Positions 46,124 through 56,824 are shown, counted from the first letter of the stretch. The stretch: 64,000 nt of DNA from Candidatus Thorarchaeota archaeon (GCA_029855935.1 JAGSHN010000012.1:272869-336868); one strand, 5' to 3'. The notes: a model not told the origin generated them from the sequence alone. Translations and numbers: made by a program.

Positions 46124-47200
46124 ATGACGAGAGGCTCTCTCTGCAAGGTTGCCTTTGTCTGGAGCGACCACTTTGAAGAGTTCGACAACGGCCGCAATCA
46201 TCCAGTGAGACAGGGACGTTTCCGTGCAGTCCGCGACTACATAGTATCACAGGGTTTCTACGAGCACGACAATGTCTCGGAGATGAGTCCTGAGCCTCTG
46301 CCAGAGAGCCTTCTTGAGAGAGTTCACACACAGGAGTACATCACACGAATTCGACGGATCTCGGCGACGGGCGAGGGTGATGTCGACATCGACACACCGG
46401 GCTACCGCGGCATCTACGAGACTGCCCTGTGGACCTGCGGAGGAACCATCTCGGGTGTCAAGGCCATTCTCCGCGGAGAGATAGACCACTTCATCTCTCC
46501 TACGGGCGGCTTCCATCATGCCTTTCCCGACAGAGGAGGCGGCTTCTGCGTCTTCAATGACATTGCGGCTGCAGTGCGTCTGCTTCAGGACCGCGGGATC
46601 AAGAGAGTTGCCATAGTGGATCTTGATGTCCATCATGGGAACGGTACGCAGAGCTACTTCCTAGAGTCACCCGATGTGTTGCACATCTCTCTGCACGAGG
46701 ACCCTGAATGGACGTATCCCCATTCCGGCCGTGTGGAGGAGTCCGGGACCGGGAAGGGGTCTGGACTCAGTGTCAATGTCCCCTTGCCGATGGACTCTGG
46801 TGACGACGTGTTTCTGTACTCCTTTCGCGAGATTGTGCCCCCGATTCTCGACTTCTTCAGACCGCAGTTTCTGATTCTTGTACCGGGATTCGACACGCAC
46901 TACCTTGACCCGCTCGCTCATCTAGTCACCACAACACGGACGACCCGAGAGACCACCCTGATGCTGCACGACCAGGCACACAAGCATTGTGACGGTCGTC
47001 TGGGTGTTGTGTCTGGCGGCGGCTACGACCGACAAGCGCTGAGTTGGGGTGTGGCCACTGTGCTCTCGGTTCTGTCCGGCATCCCCTATTCTGCGCCGCC
47101 GGAGAGTCCTCCAATCCAAGACGATTCCGAGACGTGGGAATTGGCCCGTAGGACTGTTCGTGCCGTCCGTGCAAGAGTATTCTCGCAGCTTGGTCTATAG
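46124..47200 (+). CDS. Histone deacetylase-family amidohydrolase (AcuC/acetylpolyamine amidohydrolase-like)
   Basis: 358 aa; GGFHHAFPDRGGGFCVFNDIAAA, DLDVHHGNGTQ, and later GFDTH are the HDAC/arginase-fold metal and active-site motifs. Confidence 0.75.
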   Translation: MTRGSLCKVAFVWSDHFEEFDNGRNHPVRQGRFRAVRDYIVSQGFYEHDNVSEMSPEPLPESLLERVHTQEYITRIRRISATGEGDVDIDTPGYRGIYETALWTCGGTISGVKAILRGEIDHFISPTGGFHHAFPDRGGGFCVFNDIAAAVRLLQDRGIKRVAIVDLDVHHGNGTQSYFLESPDVLHISLHEDPEWTYPHSGRVEESGTGKGSGLSVNVPLPMDSGDDVFLYSFREIVPPILDFFRPQFLILVPGFDTHYLDPLAHLVTTTRTTRETTLMLHDQAHKHCDGRLGVVSGGGYDRQALSWGVATVLSVLSGIPYSAPPESPPIQDDSETWELARRTVRAVRARVFSQLGL

Positions 47201-47330
47201 GCTATTCTTGTGCAGGTATGTCTTGATATGCGCTATTCGGAAATACAAACTATTTATTGTGAGCTATCACTCAATTCCATCAGCAAAAACATACAATTTG
47301 AGCACATTTCACGCAGAAGGCTGATGACAC

Positions 47331-48689
47331 TTGGAAGAGGTACTAGGACCACTCTTCGACGGTTCCCACGAGGCAATCCTAGTGGTGGGAAGGGGGAGAA
47401 GAGTCGTCTATGTGAACCCTGTGATGTGCTCCTTTCTAGACACAGAGGCGGACAAGGTGATAGGCCTCCCAGTGAGTGAGGTCGAGGGCCTTGAGTTCGT
47501 GCTACCGCATGTAGAGGAGATGGCTCGTTCCCGCAAGCGTACGCCCCGAAAGACTCTGCACTTTCCTCGTTCTGAGATTGGTCGTGATGCGGACATCTTG
47601 GTGATTCTCGACCCCGTCAGACTCGCAAGGAGGAAGTACACGCTTCTGCGTCTCCTCGAAAACATGCCAGCCGGGGTTCCAACTGTTTCCGGCTTGGTCC
47701 CCTACGACTGGGTGATGGACTCGCTCATTGATGGTGTAATCATAGATGATCCAAGAGGAAGAATAGTGTATGCCAATAGGGCTTTTGCCAACATGCTGGG
47801 CGTCCCCCGCAGCGAGCTGATCGGTCAACGCTGGGTCCAGTACATGGAGAATCCTGATGAGGATCTCGTGTTTGAGAAGGTCGCTCTTCGGAGGCTGGGC
47901 GAGAGCGAAAGATACGAGATCAACTGGCGTCGAGCTGATGGCACACTGCTTCAGACCCTCGTCTCGGCCGCACCTTTCCGAGATAAGTCTGGCGCGTTCT
48001 CTGGCTCCGTTGCTGTGGTAACGGACATCACCGAGCTGAAGGAGGCTGAGAAGACCGTCAAGTTCTTTGTGGATCTGCTGACGCATGACCTGTCGAACCA
48101 GCTCCAGGTGATAATGACCGCCACTGGCCTTCTTGATGAGGAACTCCCTGCGTCATACATCGACGACGCACGTGCCAGCATAGTCGAGGCCGTCGAGAGA
48201 TGCAACCGCCTCATCGCGAAAGTGAAGCGTGCAGCAAAGGTGCGTGAGCTACCCATCACTGACGTCAATCTGGCTGAGGTACTTGCCGAAAAGGTCAGAG
48301 CCGTCGAACGTGTCTACGAGGCACAGGTCGAGGTCGAGGATCTCAGTGAGCCGATATACGTACGGGCCAACTCTCTTCTCGGAGAGATGATATGGAACCT
48401 ACTTGAGAATGCTGCCAGGCACAACCCCCGTAGTGACCGGCGGATATGGGTTTCCGGGAAACGCGCTGGCGAGTATTTTGCTCTTGTCATAGCAGACAAT
48501 GGTCCGGGCATCAGTGATACTCGGAAGGCCACACTCTTTCAGAAGACCCGCGACTACGGAGGTGTTGGTCTCACACTTGTGGCCCACATAGTGCGTGAAT
48601 CAGGCGGCCGAATAGAAGTCGCCGATAGGGTAGAGGGATCTCCCGACAAAGGGGCAAAGTTCACACTATACTTGCCGCTCGCTGAGTAG
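47331..48689 (+). CDS. PAS-domain sensor histidine kinase
   Basis: 452 aa; two PAS-like segments, H-box LLTHDLSNQLQVI, HATPase_c motifs (NLLENAARHN, VIADNGPGIS, GGVGLTLVAHIV). Confidence 0.8.
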   Translation: MEEVLGPLFDGSHEAILVVGRGRRVVYVNPVMCSFLDTEADKVIGLPVSEVEGLEFVLPHVEEMARSRKRTPRKTLHFPRSEIGRDADILVILDPVRLARRKYTLLRLLENMPAGVPTVSGLVPYDWVMDSLIDGVIIDDPRGRIVYANRAFANMLGVPRSELIGQRWVQYMENPDEDLVFEKVALRRLGESERYEINWRRADGTLLQTLVSAAPFRDKSGAFSGSVAVVTDITELKEAEKTVKFFVDLLTHDLSNQLQVIMTATGLLDEELPASYIDDARASIVEAVERCNRLIAKVKRAAKVRELPITDVNLAEVLAEKVRAVERVYEAQVEVEDLSEPIYVRANSLLGEMIWNLLENAARHNPRSDRRIWVSGKRAGEYFALVIADNGPGISDTRKATLFQKTRDYGGVGLTLVAHIVRESGGRIEVADRVEGSPDKGAKFTLYLPLAE

Positions 48690-48721
48690 AAAAGGACCTA
48701 TGAATGTGTCCCGCCTCTACT

Positions 48722-48997
48722 CTAGCTTTGTCGTTGCAGCAGGTTCTTGATGCGCCGGAACAGCCCCTCGTAGAACGTCCTCTTCGCCACTCCGTTTATC
48801 CGGAAGAAGCTAGTGTCAATTCTATAGAATTGGCGCTTGATCTTCTCGTAGTCGCGAATCCCCCTCTCTACGACATAGCGCTGAATCACATCGGCGACCT
48901 TCTCCGGGAAGTTATCGATGTACTGGAATCGGTTGAGTTGAATGTGAAACAGAGTCATCCGGAGTATGTCCTCTCTGCTGACTGTTGCTACAGCCAT
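48722..48997 (-). CDS. Small hypothetical protein (91 aa)
   Basis: Basic, helical-looking ORF; no motif recognised. Confidence 0.3.
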   Translation of the reverse strand: MAVATVSREDILRMTLFHIQLNRFQYIDNFPEKVADVIQRYVVERGIRDYEKIKRQFYRIDTSFFRINGVAKRTFYEGLFRRIKNLLQRQS

Positions 48998-49130
48998 GAC
49001 ATTGGCCCCGTCATAGTATTATGACGTCATTGATTTAAAGAATTGTGAGAAATCCTCCCGCAAAAGACGTTCTCCTAAGAGACTTCATTAGTGCCTGTGT
49101 CCGGCACTACCGCCACGGACCTGATGGCAA

Positions 49131-49826
49131 ATGAGAATCAGCTCAATCATTGACATAAGCCTCGTTGATGTGCCCGGTGTGCCCGTCACCGTAATCTTCA
49201 CCGGAGGTTGCAACTTCGACTGTCCGTATTGTCAGAACTCTGCATTGATTCCTCTGGACTCTGGTGAAACGATGAGTCCCTCAGAGGTAGCGCGTCGGGT
49301 CTCGGGGTTTCTCTCCGAGGGGTTTTGTATCACAGGAGGTGAGCCGACAATTCATCGGGACCTCCCTGACCTTCTCAGGGCGCTCAGAGAACTCTCTCCG
49401 AAACACGTTAATCTGAACACGCAGGGGTCGGTGCCGGGTGTGCTCAGAGCCTCCTTGCCCTATCTTGACTCCGTGTGGTTTGACCTGAAGGCACCACCTG
49501 CCCGCTATCGGGAGATCTCACGCACGAAGTCCGACCCATGGCCCCGCGTTCTGAGGAGCTTCAGGATGCTCCGCGACTCGGATGTCCAGCTGTGGCCCAG
49601 AACTACATACGTGGGAGGTCTGATGACCCGCGAGGATCTGCTCGGTATTCTCGATGTTCTCGTAAGCGAGGGCTATGAAGGCCCCTATCACATTCAGAAT
49701 TATGTTCATTCGGACGGTGTCCGGGAGGATGAGGCGCGACGCCTGACGCGACCTGCACGCGAGGACGTTGAGTACGTGGCCAGGACGGCTCCTCCCGAGA
49801 TTAGAGTCCACATTGATTGGCGTTAG
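49131..49826 (+). CDS. nrdG: Anaerobic ribonucleotide reductase activating protein-like radical SAM enzyme (NrdG family)
   Basis: 231 aa; PVTVIFTGGCNFDCPYCQN (CX3CX2C) near the N-terminus, GGEPT, short length typical of glycyl-radical activases. Confidence 0.7.
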   Translation: MRISSIIDISLVDVPGVPVTVIFTGGCNFDCPYCQNSALIPLDSGETMSPSEVARRVSGFLSEGFCITGGEPTIHRDLPDLLRALRELSPKHVNLNTQGSVPGVLRASLPYLDSVWFDLKAPPARYREISRTKSDPWPRVLRSFRMLRDSDVQLWPRTTYVGGLMTREDLLGILDVLVSEGYEGPYHIQNYVHSDGVREDEARRLTRPAREDVEYVARTAPPEIRVHIDWR

Positions 49827-49966
49827 GACATATAGTCTGTGAGGATGGCATCCGGCCCATCCAAAGGGCGACGTTCTTCTCCCCGAGGCCTGTCGATTCC
49901 CACAGACAAGCTTTTAAAAGCGGTGAACAAGACCCCCTTTTGACCACTCAGCTCCTAGTTGAGTGA

Positions 49967-50728
49967 ATGGAGCGTCTGAGCATGTTTCGCACGCAGAGCA
50001 TGGAATACGACAGAGCAATAACTGTCTTCTCTCCTGAGGGTCGTCTCTACCAAGTTGAGTATGCCACAGAGGCTGTGCGTCACGGTCCGCTGGCCGTTGG
50101 TGTCAAGGCCGTTGATGGCGTCGTGCTCGTGGGTGAGAAACGAGCGCCGCATCCCCTCGTCGACGTTGACACGCTCAAGAAGATACTTCTCATCGACGAC
50201 CACATTGGAACCGCGATTGCAGGTCTGCATGCTGACGCTCGCAAGCTAATCGACCAGGCTCGCATTCAGGCACAGATCAACAGGCTCCGGTATGATGAAC
50301 CAATCTCTATTCGCTCTCTTGTCGTGGATATCTGTGATACAAAGCAGGTCTACACGCAGTTTGGCGGAGTCCGACCCTTCGGGGTATCGCTCTTAGTCGG
50401 AGGTATTGATGATGCTGGCCCGCAGCTCTTCACGACCGATCCCTCAGGTTCGTTCTGGGGCTGGAAGGCCACCGCGATAGGAAAGGAGTCCGACACGGTC
50501 CGTGACTTCCTAAAGGAGAACTATCGCCCAGACCTCGACATGGATGGTGCAGTCAGTCTTGCACTAAGTGGGCTCCTGAAGCCAGCTGGCGAGCAGGCTG
50601 ACATCGACCCGGCCGAGCGGGCACGACTGATTGAGGTCGGCAGAATCGATACGACCGACAAGGTGTTCAGAATTCTCCCCCACAGCGAGGTACAGGCACT
50701 CCTTGAGAGCGTCCTGACCAAGTCATAG
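49967..50728 (+). CDS. psmA: 20S proteasome alpha subunit
   Basis: MEYDRAITVFSPEGRLYQVEYA N-terminal signature and conserved alpha-subunit core. Confidence 0.9.
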   Translation: MERLSMFRTQSMEYDRAITVFSPEGRLYQVEYATEAVRHGPLAVGVKAVDGVVLVGEKRAPHPLVDVDTLKKILLIDDHIGTAIAGLHADARKLIDQARIQAQINRLRYDEPISIRSLVVDICDTKQVYTQFGGVRPFGVSLLVGGIDDAGPQLFTTDPSGSFWGWKATAIGKESDTVRDFLKENYRPDLDMDGAVSLALSGLLKPAGEQADIDPAERARLIEVGRIDTTDKVFRILPHSEVQALLESVLTKS

Positions 50729-50773
50729 GCCCTGGCGGTCATTGGCATCTCTGTCCTCCCCTGAGATGCCTGT

Positions 50774-51661
50774 CTATCTCTTGCATCTCTCCACAAGATA
50801 GTCCACTATCATCCCTGCGATGTCCAGTCCAGTGACTCGTGAGAGGGCACTCCACGACGGTGATGCATTTGCTTCAATCACACACGGTCCGTCACCCGAC
50901 TCGATTATGTCCACGCCAGTATAGTCCAGTTTCAGCGTCCGCGCAACCTCTATGGCGCATTCTTCGTACTCCCCGTCGATGTGGGCCAGCTCGGCCCGGC
51001 CCCCACCATGCACATTCGTTCTCCACTCACCGGCCACGTTAGGAGGTAGATACCTGTACATAGCGCCCACAACACGATCTCCGATGACAAATACTCTGAT
51101 GTCCCGATCTGGCTTCTTCACAACCTCCTGCACGTACAGGACCTGACCGAGCTGATGGAGGAATTTCATTGCACGATAGGCCAGCTCCGGGTGTTCGGGC
51201 CGCATGGCGCCCATTCCACGAGCGCCTATCATAGGCTTGATGATCACGTCTCCTACCTCCTGAACAAAGGCCACCGCAGCCTCAAGATTCTCGCCAATGA
51301 AGGTACGTGGCACTCTGATGCCGGCCTTGTGAAGTGCAGTCAGTGTAGCATACTTGTCCTTCGCCCGTCGAAAGGAATAGGCGGGATTCATCACGTAGAT
51401 GCCAGCGTCCTCGAAATGCTCAAGCAGGCTGATGCGGAAGGTTATCTGATCCCCCGTTCCGTAGCCAATAGTCCTGACAATGACACCGTCCATATCAGAA
51501 ACGTCCTCATTGTCGAGATGGATGAACCTGTTCGGTATCTGTGCCGCCACGTCAGGAAGGCGAAACGGAATGACCTTGTGTCCTCTCGCCCTCATCGCCT
51601 CGATGAGAGTCCGCGTCGCCCAGTTGTTGACATTCTCGTGATAGCTTATCCCGAAGAACAT
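50774..51661 (-). CDS. RimK-family ATP-grasp alpha-L-glutamate ligase (MptN/CofF/RimK-like)
   Basis: 295 aa; ATP-grasp motifs (VIKPMIGARGMG, RVFVIGDRVVGAMYR, EANASPS). Confidence 0.75.
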   Translation of the reverse strand: MFFGISYHENVNNWATRTLIEAMRARGHKVIPFRLPDVAAQIPNRFIHLDNEDVSDMDGVIVRTIGYGTGDQITFRISLLEHFEDAGIYVMNPAYSFRRAKDKYATLTALHKAGIRVPRTFIGENLEAAVAFVQEVGDVIIKPMIGARGMGAMRPEHPELAYRAMKFLHQLGQVLYVQEVVKKPDRDIRVFVIGDRVVGAMYRYLPPNVAGEWRTNVHGGGRAELAHIDGEYEECAIEVARTLKLDYTGVDIIESGDGPCVIEANASPSWSALSRVTGLDIAGMIVDYLVERCKR

Positions 51662-51751
51662 ACGACTCTTCTCCGGATGCTCACTGCGACGGCTCTCCGC
51701 CGACGCTTAAAAGATGAGCGAAATCGCTCTGGATGGTTCATCAGGCCCCGC

Positions 51752-52432
51752 CTAGTCAAGTCGGCCCTGCACGAAGTGCAGCAGATCCTCATACATCGGG
51801 ATGTTCAACAGAAACGAATTCAGTTTGAACACTGGCACAATCGGGACTCCCTCGTGGATCACAACATCCTCCACGAGCCAGGTCACAAGTACTGGAAGCA
51901 CGCGATACTGTCCCGGCTTCAGACTCCTCAGACGTCTCCTCAACGAACTGAGTTCTGAGGCCAGACGGACTGATCGTTGCAGCTGCCGCTCTGCGGCCTC
52001 TCTGAGGGCCGATCTCTTCCCCGAGCGAATCCCCCACATCTTGGCGTCGACTGTGACTATGGTCCAATCCCTCACGCCAATCACGTCTATCTCCATTCCA
52101 CGACGGAGTTCGTTACCCCTCTGTCTGAAACTCTCCACACAGTCGAACTCGTTCATCTCAAGGATTGCCGCCACTAGCCCCTCAAAGTCTTTCCAGTCCA
52201 TCGCCTTGACGACACGCTCGATGTCGACTCCCGCCGCTGCAGCCCGCATTGCAATCTGTATTCTTGTTTCTCTGGTCAGCACCCAGCCTCCCTCGATATT
52301 GCGGACCGCACCGAGCTGCGAAAGCAGAGTGGCGGTTTCGTCATCGCACTCTTGGATTGCCTGCCCGTCCCTTGACCGTTCGAGGAGCGATATCAGAATC
52401 TCGGACTCTGTCCTCATCACGGTTACCAACAC
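51752..52432 (-). CDS. Hypothetical protein, possible PD-(D/E)xK nuclease-fold domain
   Basis: 226 aa; EIDVIGV...VTVDAKMW resembles a D...(D/E)xK nuclease motif. Weak. Confidence 0.3.
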   Translation of the reverse strand: MLVTVMRTESEILISLLERSRDGQAIQECDDETATLLSQLGAVRNIEGGWVLTRETRIQIAMRAAAAGVDIERVVKAMDWKDFEGLVAAILEMNEFDCVESFRQRGNELRRGMEIDVIGVRDWTIVTVDAKMWGIRSGKRSALREAAERQLQRSVRLASELSSLRRRLRSLKPGQYRVLPVLVTWLVEDVVIHEGVPIVPVFKLNSFLLNIPMYEDLLHFVQGRLD

Positions 52433-52480
52433 AGTGCTTTAGTTTATAACATCGATGTCCTGACAGAGTAGGGGATTGAG

Positions 52481-52975
52481 ATGTCGGAAGCGGAGGAAGG
52501 ATGGAGGCGTGTCATTCACGCCTTTGAGGACTGGATTGACTATGAGGCCACAGAGTTCGGTCCGTGGACTGCATACTTCTCAATCGAGCATCTTCAGGCC
52601 CTGACGTCTGCTGAGCGCTTGGGCTGGATGCAGAAGATGTGCGATGAGATAATCCCGGGGAGGATCGACAGATGTCGCGAGGCTGGAGTCGCCCTTGAGG
52701 ACTTCCTTCCCTTTATGCCGGACTCTGACTCCATCGACACGGTGCGCTCGATGATTGACCTGTGCTCGGTACTTCAGGACAGCATGATGCGAATGAGCGA
52801 TCTGATTGTCGAGATGAGCGAGAAGTACTCCGAGGGCGGCCTCGAGGAGATAGTGCAACTTCTCTCTGCCGTGGCAGAGGTGGAGGAGGACATCCGCCAC
52901 CATATGAGCCTCTTCAGCAAGGGTTTTGCGAAGTTGAGGTCACTCGGGCTGGAGCTGCCCACCGACTTTGGGTGA
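52481..52975 (+). CDS. Hypothetical acidic protein
   Basis: 164-aa ORF in a clean intergenic context; no motif recognised. Confidence 0.35.
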   Translation: MSEAEEGWRRVIHAFEDWIDYEATEFGPWTAYFSIEHLQALTSAERLGWMQKMCDEIIPGRIDRCREAGVALEDFLPFMPDSDSIDTVRSMIDLCSVLQDSMMRMSDLIVEMSEKYSEGGLEEIVQLLSAVAEVEEDIRHHMSLFSKGFAKLRSLGLELPTDFG

Positions 52976-53136
52976 ATCGTCCTACCGACTGTGTCAAGCC
53001 CGGCGGAAGAGTTAAGTGCCAATGAACCGAACGTGTGTCCGACCCATCTGTGATTGGGACAGCTATAACGAGGTGAAAAGCGAAGTGGGTAGTGACATAG
53101 CCCCTGCCCACCAGTGTCGGGTCAGACACCAAGAGG

Positions 53137-53523
53137 GTGACTACCAAATTCAGCCTCGAGGTGTCCGAGTTCTTCTGCAGTGAGAGTAAGGACTGTCTCT
53201 CATCTGGCTGTCCGGTCGTCGAATCTCTCGCGGGCTCTCTCTTCAGGATGGCTAGGTACCGTCTCTCCGATCGTCTGAAGACGGTGCTGCTGGCCGCCGC
53301 TGAGGTACTGCGCTTTCACGAGATGACCGTGACGGCTCTTGCTGATGAGGTGTCACGACGGACCGGAATACCATATTCGACTGTAAAGTGGAACCTGAGG
53401 TCATTGGTACAGCTGGGACTCGTGGCCGGTGGCGACAACAGTCGGAGAGGTCTGAAGGCAAGTCTCACTGCAGCAGGAAGGATGCTGGCGGACTATCTAC
53501 TCAGCCAAGAGTCCGAACCGTGA
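53137..53523 (+). CDS. Winged-helix transcriptional regulator (putative)
   Basis: 128 aa; EMTVTALADEVSRRTGIPYSTVKWNLRSLVQLGLV is wHTH-like. Confidence 0.45.
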   Translation: MTTKFSLEVSEFFCSESKDCLSSGCPVVESLAGSLFRMARYRLSDRLKTVLLAAAEVLRFHEMTVTALADEVSRRTGIPYSTVKWNLRSLVQLGLVAGGDNSRRGLKASLTAAGRMLADYLLSQESEP

Positions 53524-53579
53524 CGCCTTGCCGAGAGGAACGGGGGTGCTGCCCCCTCCTCCACTGGCGCTGCACAGCT

Positions 53580-54257
53580 TTACGTGCCAGTATCACGGGA
53601 TCTCTCGGCAGGGCGTTCCCACGTCTGATTGAGCGCTGTCAGGGTCTCGTCGGGCGACAGACCAGCGGCAATGACGATCTCGACCAGTCGACGTCCGTCG
53701 GGCTCGATCTGCCCGAGGTTCCATTGTAGCCCGATGGCCACATCGCCCGGTCCGGCCGCACTAGACCTCCTGAGGTCGCGTCGGACTCTGCCAATTCTCA
53801 GCCTATTGGGGGAGGTCACATCCCAAGCGTCCGCCTTGGGTCTGGCCGAAACGCCAACATGGACTGGTGTCGGGTCCGACATTGTGGCAACGCCGAGTTG
53901 TTGGTCATATCTCCCACTGTCGTCGTTGTGACTCCCAGGCCCCCCTAGGTCGAAGTCCATAAACAAGTAGATTCTGGCATCCTCAAGTTGCTGGTCGGTT
54001 ATGTTCTGCACCGTGGGACGCACCCACAGAGCCGGAGTGTTCTCGCTCCAGAGATCAATGGTCACACCCAGTACAGATGTGTCGCGTTCCTGTGGAGTGT
54101 GTTCGTAGGTCACCGAGGCGCCGTATCTACGCCTGTGAATCTTGGGCTCGCTGTACGATGAGGTCTCGGTCGCCTTTGCTCTGTATGTCCTCCCATCGAT
54201 TCCATAGGAGAACCAGAACCCTGCGAGATCATGTGCGGGGTTTCGAAGTAGTGTCAT
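53580..54257 (-). CDS. Hypothetical protein
   Basis: 225-aa ORF, beta-rich composition; no motif recognised. Confidence 0.35.
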   Translation of the reverse strand: MTLLRNPAHDLAGFWFSYGIDGRTYRAKATETSSYSEPKIHRRRYGASVTYEHTPQERDTSVLGVTIDLWSENTPALWVRPTVQNITDQQLEDARIYLFMDFDLGGPGSHNDDSGRYDQQLGVATMSDPTPVHVGVSARPKADAWDVTSPNRLRIGRVRRDLRRSSAAGPGDVAIGLQWNLGQIEPDGRRLVEIVIAAGLSPDETLTALNQTWERPAERSRDTGT

Positions 54258-54610
54258 CTCCTCACCATCCGGGCTGATCAGGCTGAGCCGTCTGATGTAG
54301 AAGCCCGAGCGACCTACGCCTCAACTGAGTATCTCAACGGCGTACGTCACGTCCAGACGTGGTCTCTTGTCTCCAGTCTCAAGAACTTCTGCTATGCGAC
54401 TCATCGTACATCTCCCGGACGTTTGGTCTGATAAACATCACCCATCCAAGGGAGGCCCTCCTCGTGCGAAGATATGGATGACACGACCTAGGAGTGTGAG
54501 CATGGCCGTTCGAAGTGCCGGTGCGGGTCCAAGTGTGTCCTCTCTGCTCTTGCTTCGCAAAGTTGATATGGCTGTCAAAGAGCGACTGTTCAGACTGGTG
54601 GCCCACAGCC

Positions 54611-55849
54611 ATGACAACCCTGACCATCCCCCAGCTTCAGAAGTGGTATCGAAAGAAACTGCGTGCCAAGTCAAAGGACTTCATCAAGAAGGCCCAGAAG
54701 AGCTACAAGGCCGTTGACAGGGCCCTGAAAGAGGTTCAGGCCGTAGCACGCGAACTGCGTGAGGCGAGTTCATCCGAGGATGACAGTGAGACCGAGGGCA
54801 TAGCAGCGAGGTTTGCAATGAAGATAGATGAGATTGTGGCGGCCTTCGATCTGCAGAAGGAGATCACATATGAGGGAACCGAGGCGATGCAGGCTGAGAT
54901 ACAGCGTTTCATCCAGGAGCTGTGGGGCGCTGGCGCACGTTGGATCAGGCGCATGGACAAGCGTCACAAAGGCACAATAAAGCATCTGGATGCCTACATG
55001 AAAGACCTGATCAACGAGATGAAGACAATCGGGAAACTGTTATACGAGTACAGCTGGATCAAAGACCTTGAACGGATTGCCTCGCGCATCGATACTCTTC
55101 ACGACCTCACACACGGAAGAGAGCTCTACGAGGAGTCTATCCGGCAGGTCACTCAGAAGATTGAGCAGGCGCAGCGTGAGTTTGACGAGGCAAAGAGAGA
55201 ACTGGAGGAGTTCCGGGCGACATCGAATGTCAGCGAGATACTCAGCCTTGACCAAGAGGCTGAGCGGATAGCGGGACTACTCCGTATGCGCCTGAACACA
55301 TTGAAGAAGCCCGTGAAGAAGTTTCTACAACACGACACAGGTGTCAGGGTGTCTCCCGCCGGCTCTAGAGCACTCAACGACTACTTTGATGATCCATATC
55401 GTGCAATCACGGAGGAGCCCGACGGCTATCCCGGGCTGATAGAGGGTCTTGAGGCTCTTGAGGAGGCGATCGGAAAGGGTGCACTGCCTCTCAAGGACCG
55501 GCTTGCTCGACGGGCTGTTGAGGAGATCGAGCTGATAAAGAAGGGCGCGCTGCGTGAACTGCAGGAGAAGGCAAAGTCCGTGGAGGAGCGTAAGAGGCAG
55601 TTTGCTGGTTCTGAGATCTACGCCCGTGCCGCGGAGCTGGAGGCCCGGTTCGAAGAGGCACGAAAGAACTTGGAGTATCATAAGAATGACTTGCGACGGA
55701 TTGCTGATGAGATTCGGCGCCAGCTTGAGAAGATGGAAGAGTTCCGCAAGCGAATCGAGCAGGAGATCAAGGAGGCATTTGGCGAGACGGTCCATATCAA
55801 GATAGAAGAGACCCTTGAGCCCCTGTTGGCCAAGTGCAACGTCGACTGA
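54611..55849 (+). CDS. Coiled-coil protein (K/E/R-rich)
   Basis: ORF 54515..55849; likely start MTTLTIPQLQKW. Continuous heptad-like charged sequence (AKSKDFIKKAQKSYKAVDRALKEVQAVARELREA...). Confidence 0.5.
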   Translation: MTTLTIPQLQKWYRKKLRAKSKDFIKKAQKSYKAVDRALKEVQAVARELREASSSEDDSETEGIAARFAMKIDEIVAAFDLQKEITYEGTEAMQAEIQRFIQELWGAGARWIRRMDKRHKGTIKHLDAYMKDLINEMKTIGKLLYEYSWIKDLERIASRIDTLHDLTHGRELYEESIRQVTQKIEQAQREFDEAKRELEEFRATSNVSEILSLDQEAERIAGLLRMRLNTLKKPVKKFLQHDTGVRVSPAGSRALNDYFDDPYRAITEEPDGYPGLIEGLEALEEAIGKGALPLKDRLARRAVEEIELIKKGALRELQEKAKSVEERKRQFAGSEIYARAAELEARFEEARKNLEYHKNDLRRIADEIRRQLEKMEEFRKRIEQEIKEAFGETVHIKIEETLEPLLAKCNVD

Positions 55850-55888
55850 CTCTTCGTCTGACGTGACAGTCCCACTGGAGGAAGATGA

Positions 55889-56710
55889 ATGCGAGTACTG
55901 GTCACATCTGAACAGGACTCGGCTAGCAAGACTATTGCCTCGGTCCTGCTTGACGAGTACGACTTTGAGGAAACCGGCTCTATGTTTGAAGGTCATCCTG
56001 TGTACAGGCTGGACAGTGAGGATGCCCTTCTGATAATGAGCGAGAGGGACCTGATCAACTGCGGTCACCTCGACGCCCACTTTGATGCTGAGGCGTTCAT
56101 CTTCTGTTCCCGACACAAGGCCAAGTCGGGTCGTCCTGCGTTGCTCGTCCACAGCACAGGCAACTTTGGGGACGAGGCTCTGTTCGGTGGCCAGCCTCGA
56201 AGCCTGTCGGTATCCACCGCCAGTCTTGTTTCAAGGGCACTGAGGTCTCTTGTTCGTGAGCGCGAACGACTTGGTCTTGATGAGTTTGACGTATCGCTTG
56301 AGGTGACGCATCACGGCCCAACAGAGTTGAACACGCCAATGCTCTTCGTCGAACTTGGTAGCGATGAGAGCCATTGGAATCACGTCGAGGGTGCGAGGGC
56401 TGTTGCCTCTGCTGTGATGGACTCTCTTCGTGAGCCCTTCGCGGAGGAGTGCGCCATTGGTTTCGGGGGAAACCACTATGCGAGCAAGTTCAGCAAGGCT
56501 GTTCTCAGTGGAGGGCTGCTGATAGGTCACATCGCGCCCAAGTATGCTCTGGATGGTCTGTCCCCCCAGATGGTCCGGGAGATGGTGCGCCGCTGTCGGG
56601 AGCGAGTGACGGCCGCAGTCATTGACTGGAAAGGCACGAATGCAGGGCAGCGTAGTCAAGTACTGCCTGTTCTTGATGAGATCGGTATAGAAACGGTGCG
56701 CTTGGGTTGA
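55889..56710 (+). CDS. dtdA: D-aminoacyl-tRNA deacylase, archaeal DTD2 type
   Basis: 273 aa; FIFCSRHKAKSGRPALLVHSTGNFG and VSLEVTHHGPTELNTPMLFVELGSDESHW match DTD2 motifs (SRH.S, TVH.TGN, ATHHGPT, VEIGS). Confidence 0.7.
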   Translation: MRVLVTSEQDSASKTIASVLLDEYDFEETGSMFEGHPVYRLDSEDALLIMSERDLINCGHLDAHFDAEAFIFCSRHKAKSGRPALLVHSTGNFGDEALFGGQPRSLSVSTASLVSRALRSLVRERERLGLDEFDVSLEVTHHGPTELNTPMLFVELGSDESHWNHVEGARAVASAVMDSLREPFAEECAIGFGGNHYASKFSKAVLSGGLLIGHIAPKYALDGLSPQMVREMVRRCRERVTAAVIDWKGTNAGQRSQVLPVLDEIGIETVRLG

Positions 56711-56824
56711 ACTGGTGTAGTCTATTCTCTCACGCCAGTGACACGAATGCCACGACGTCTGCGAAAGGCTAAATACGCTGTACGTGGCAGTCCCAATATT
56801 GCACCTGCTTGAAGAGGGGAAACG

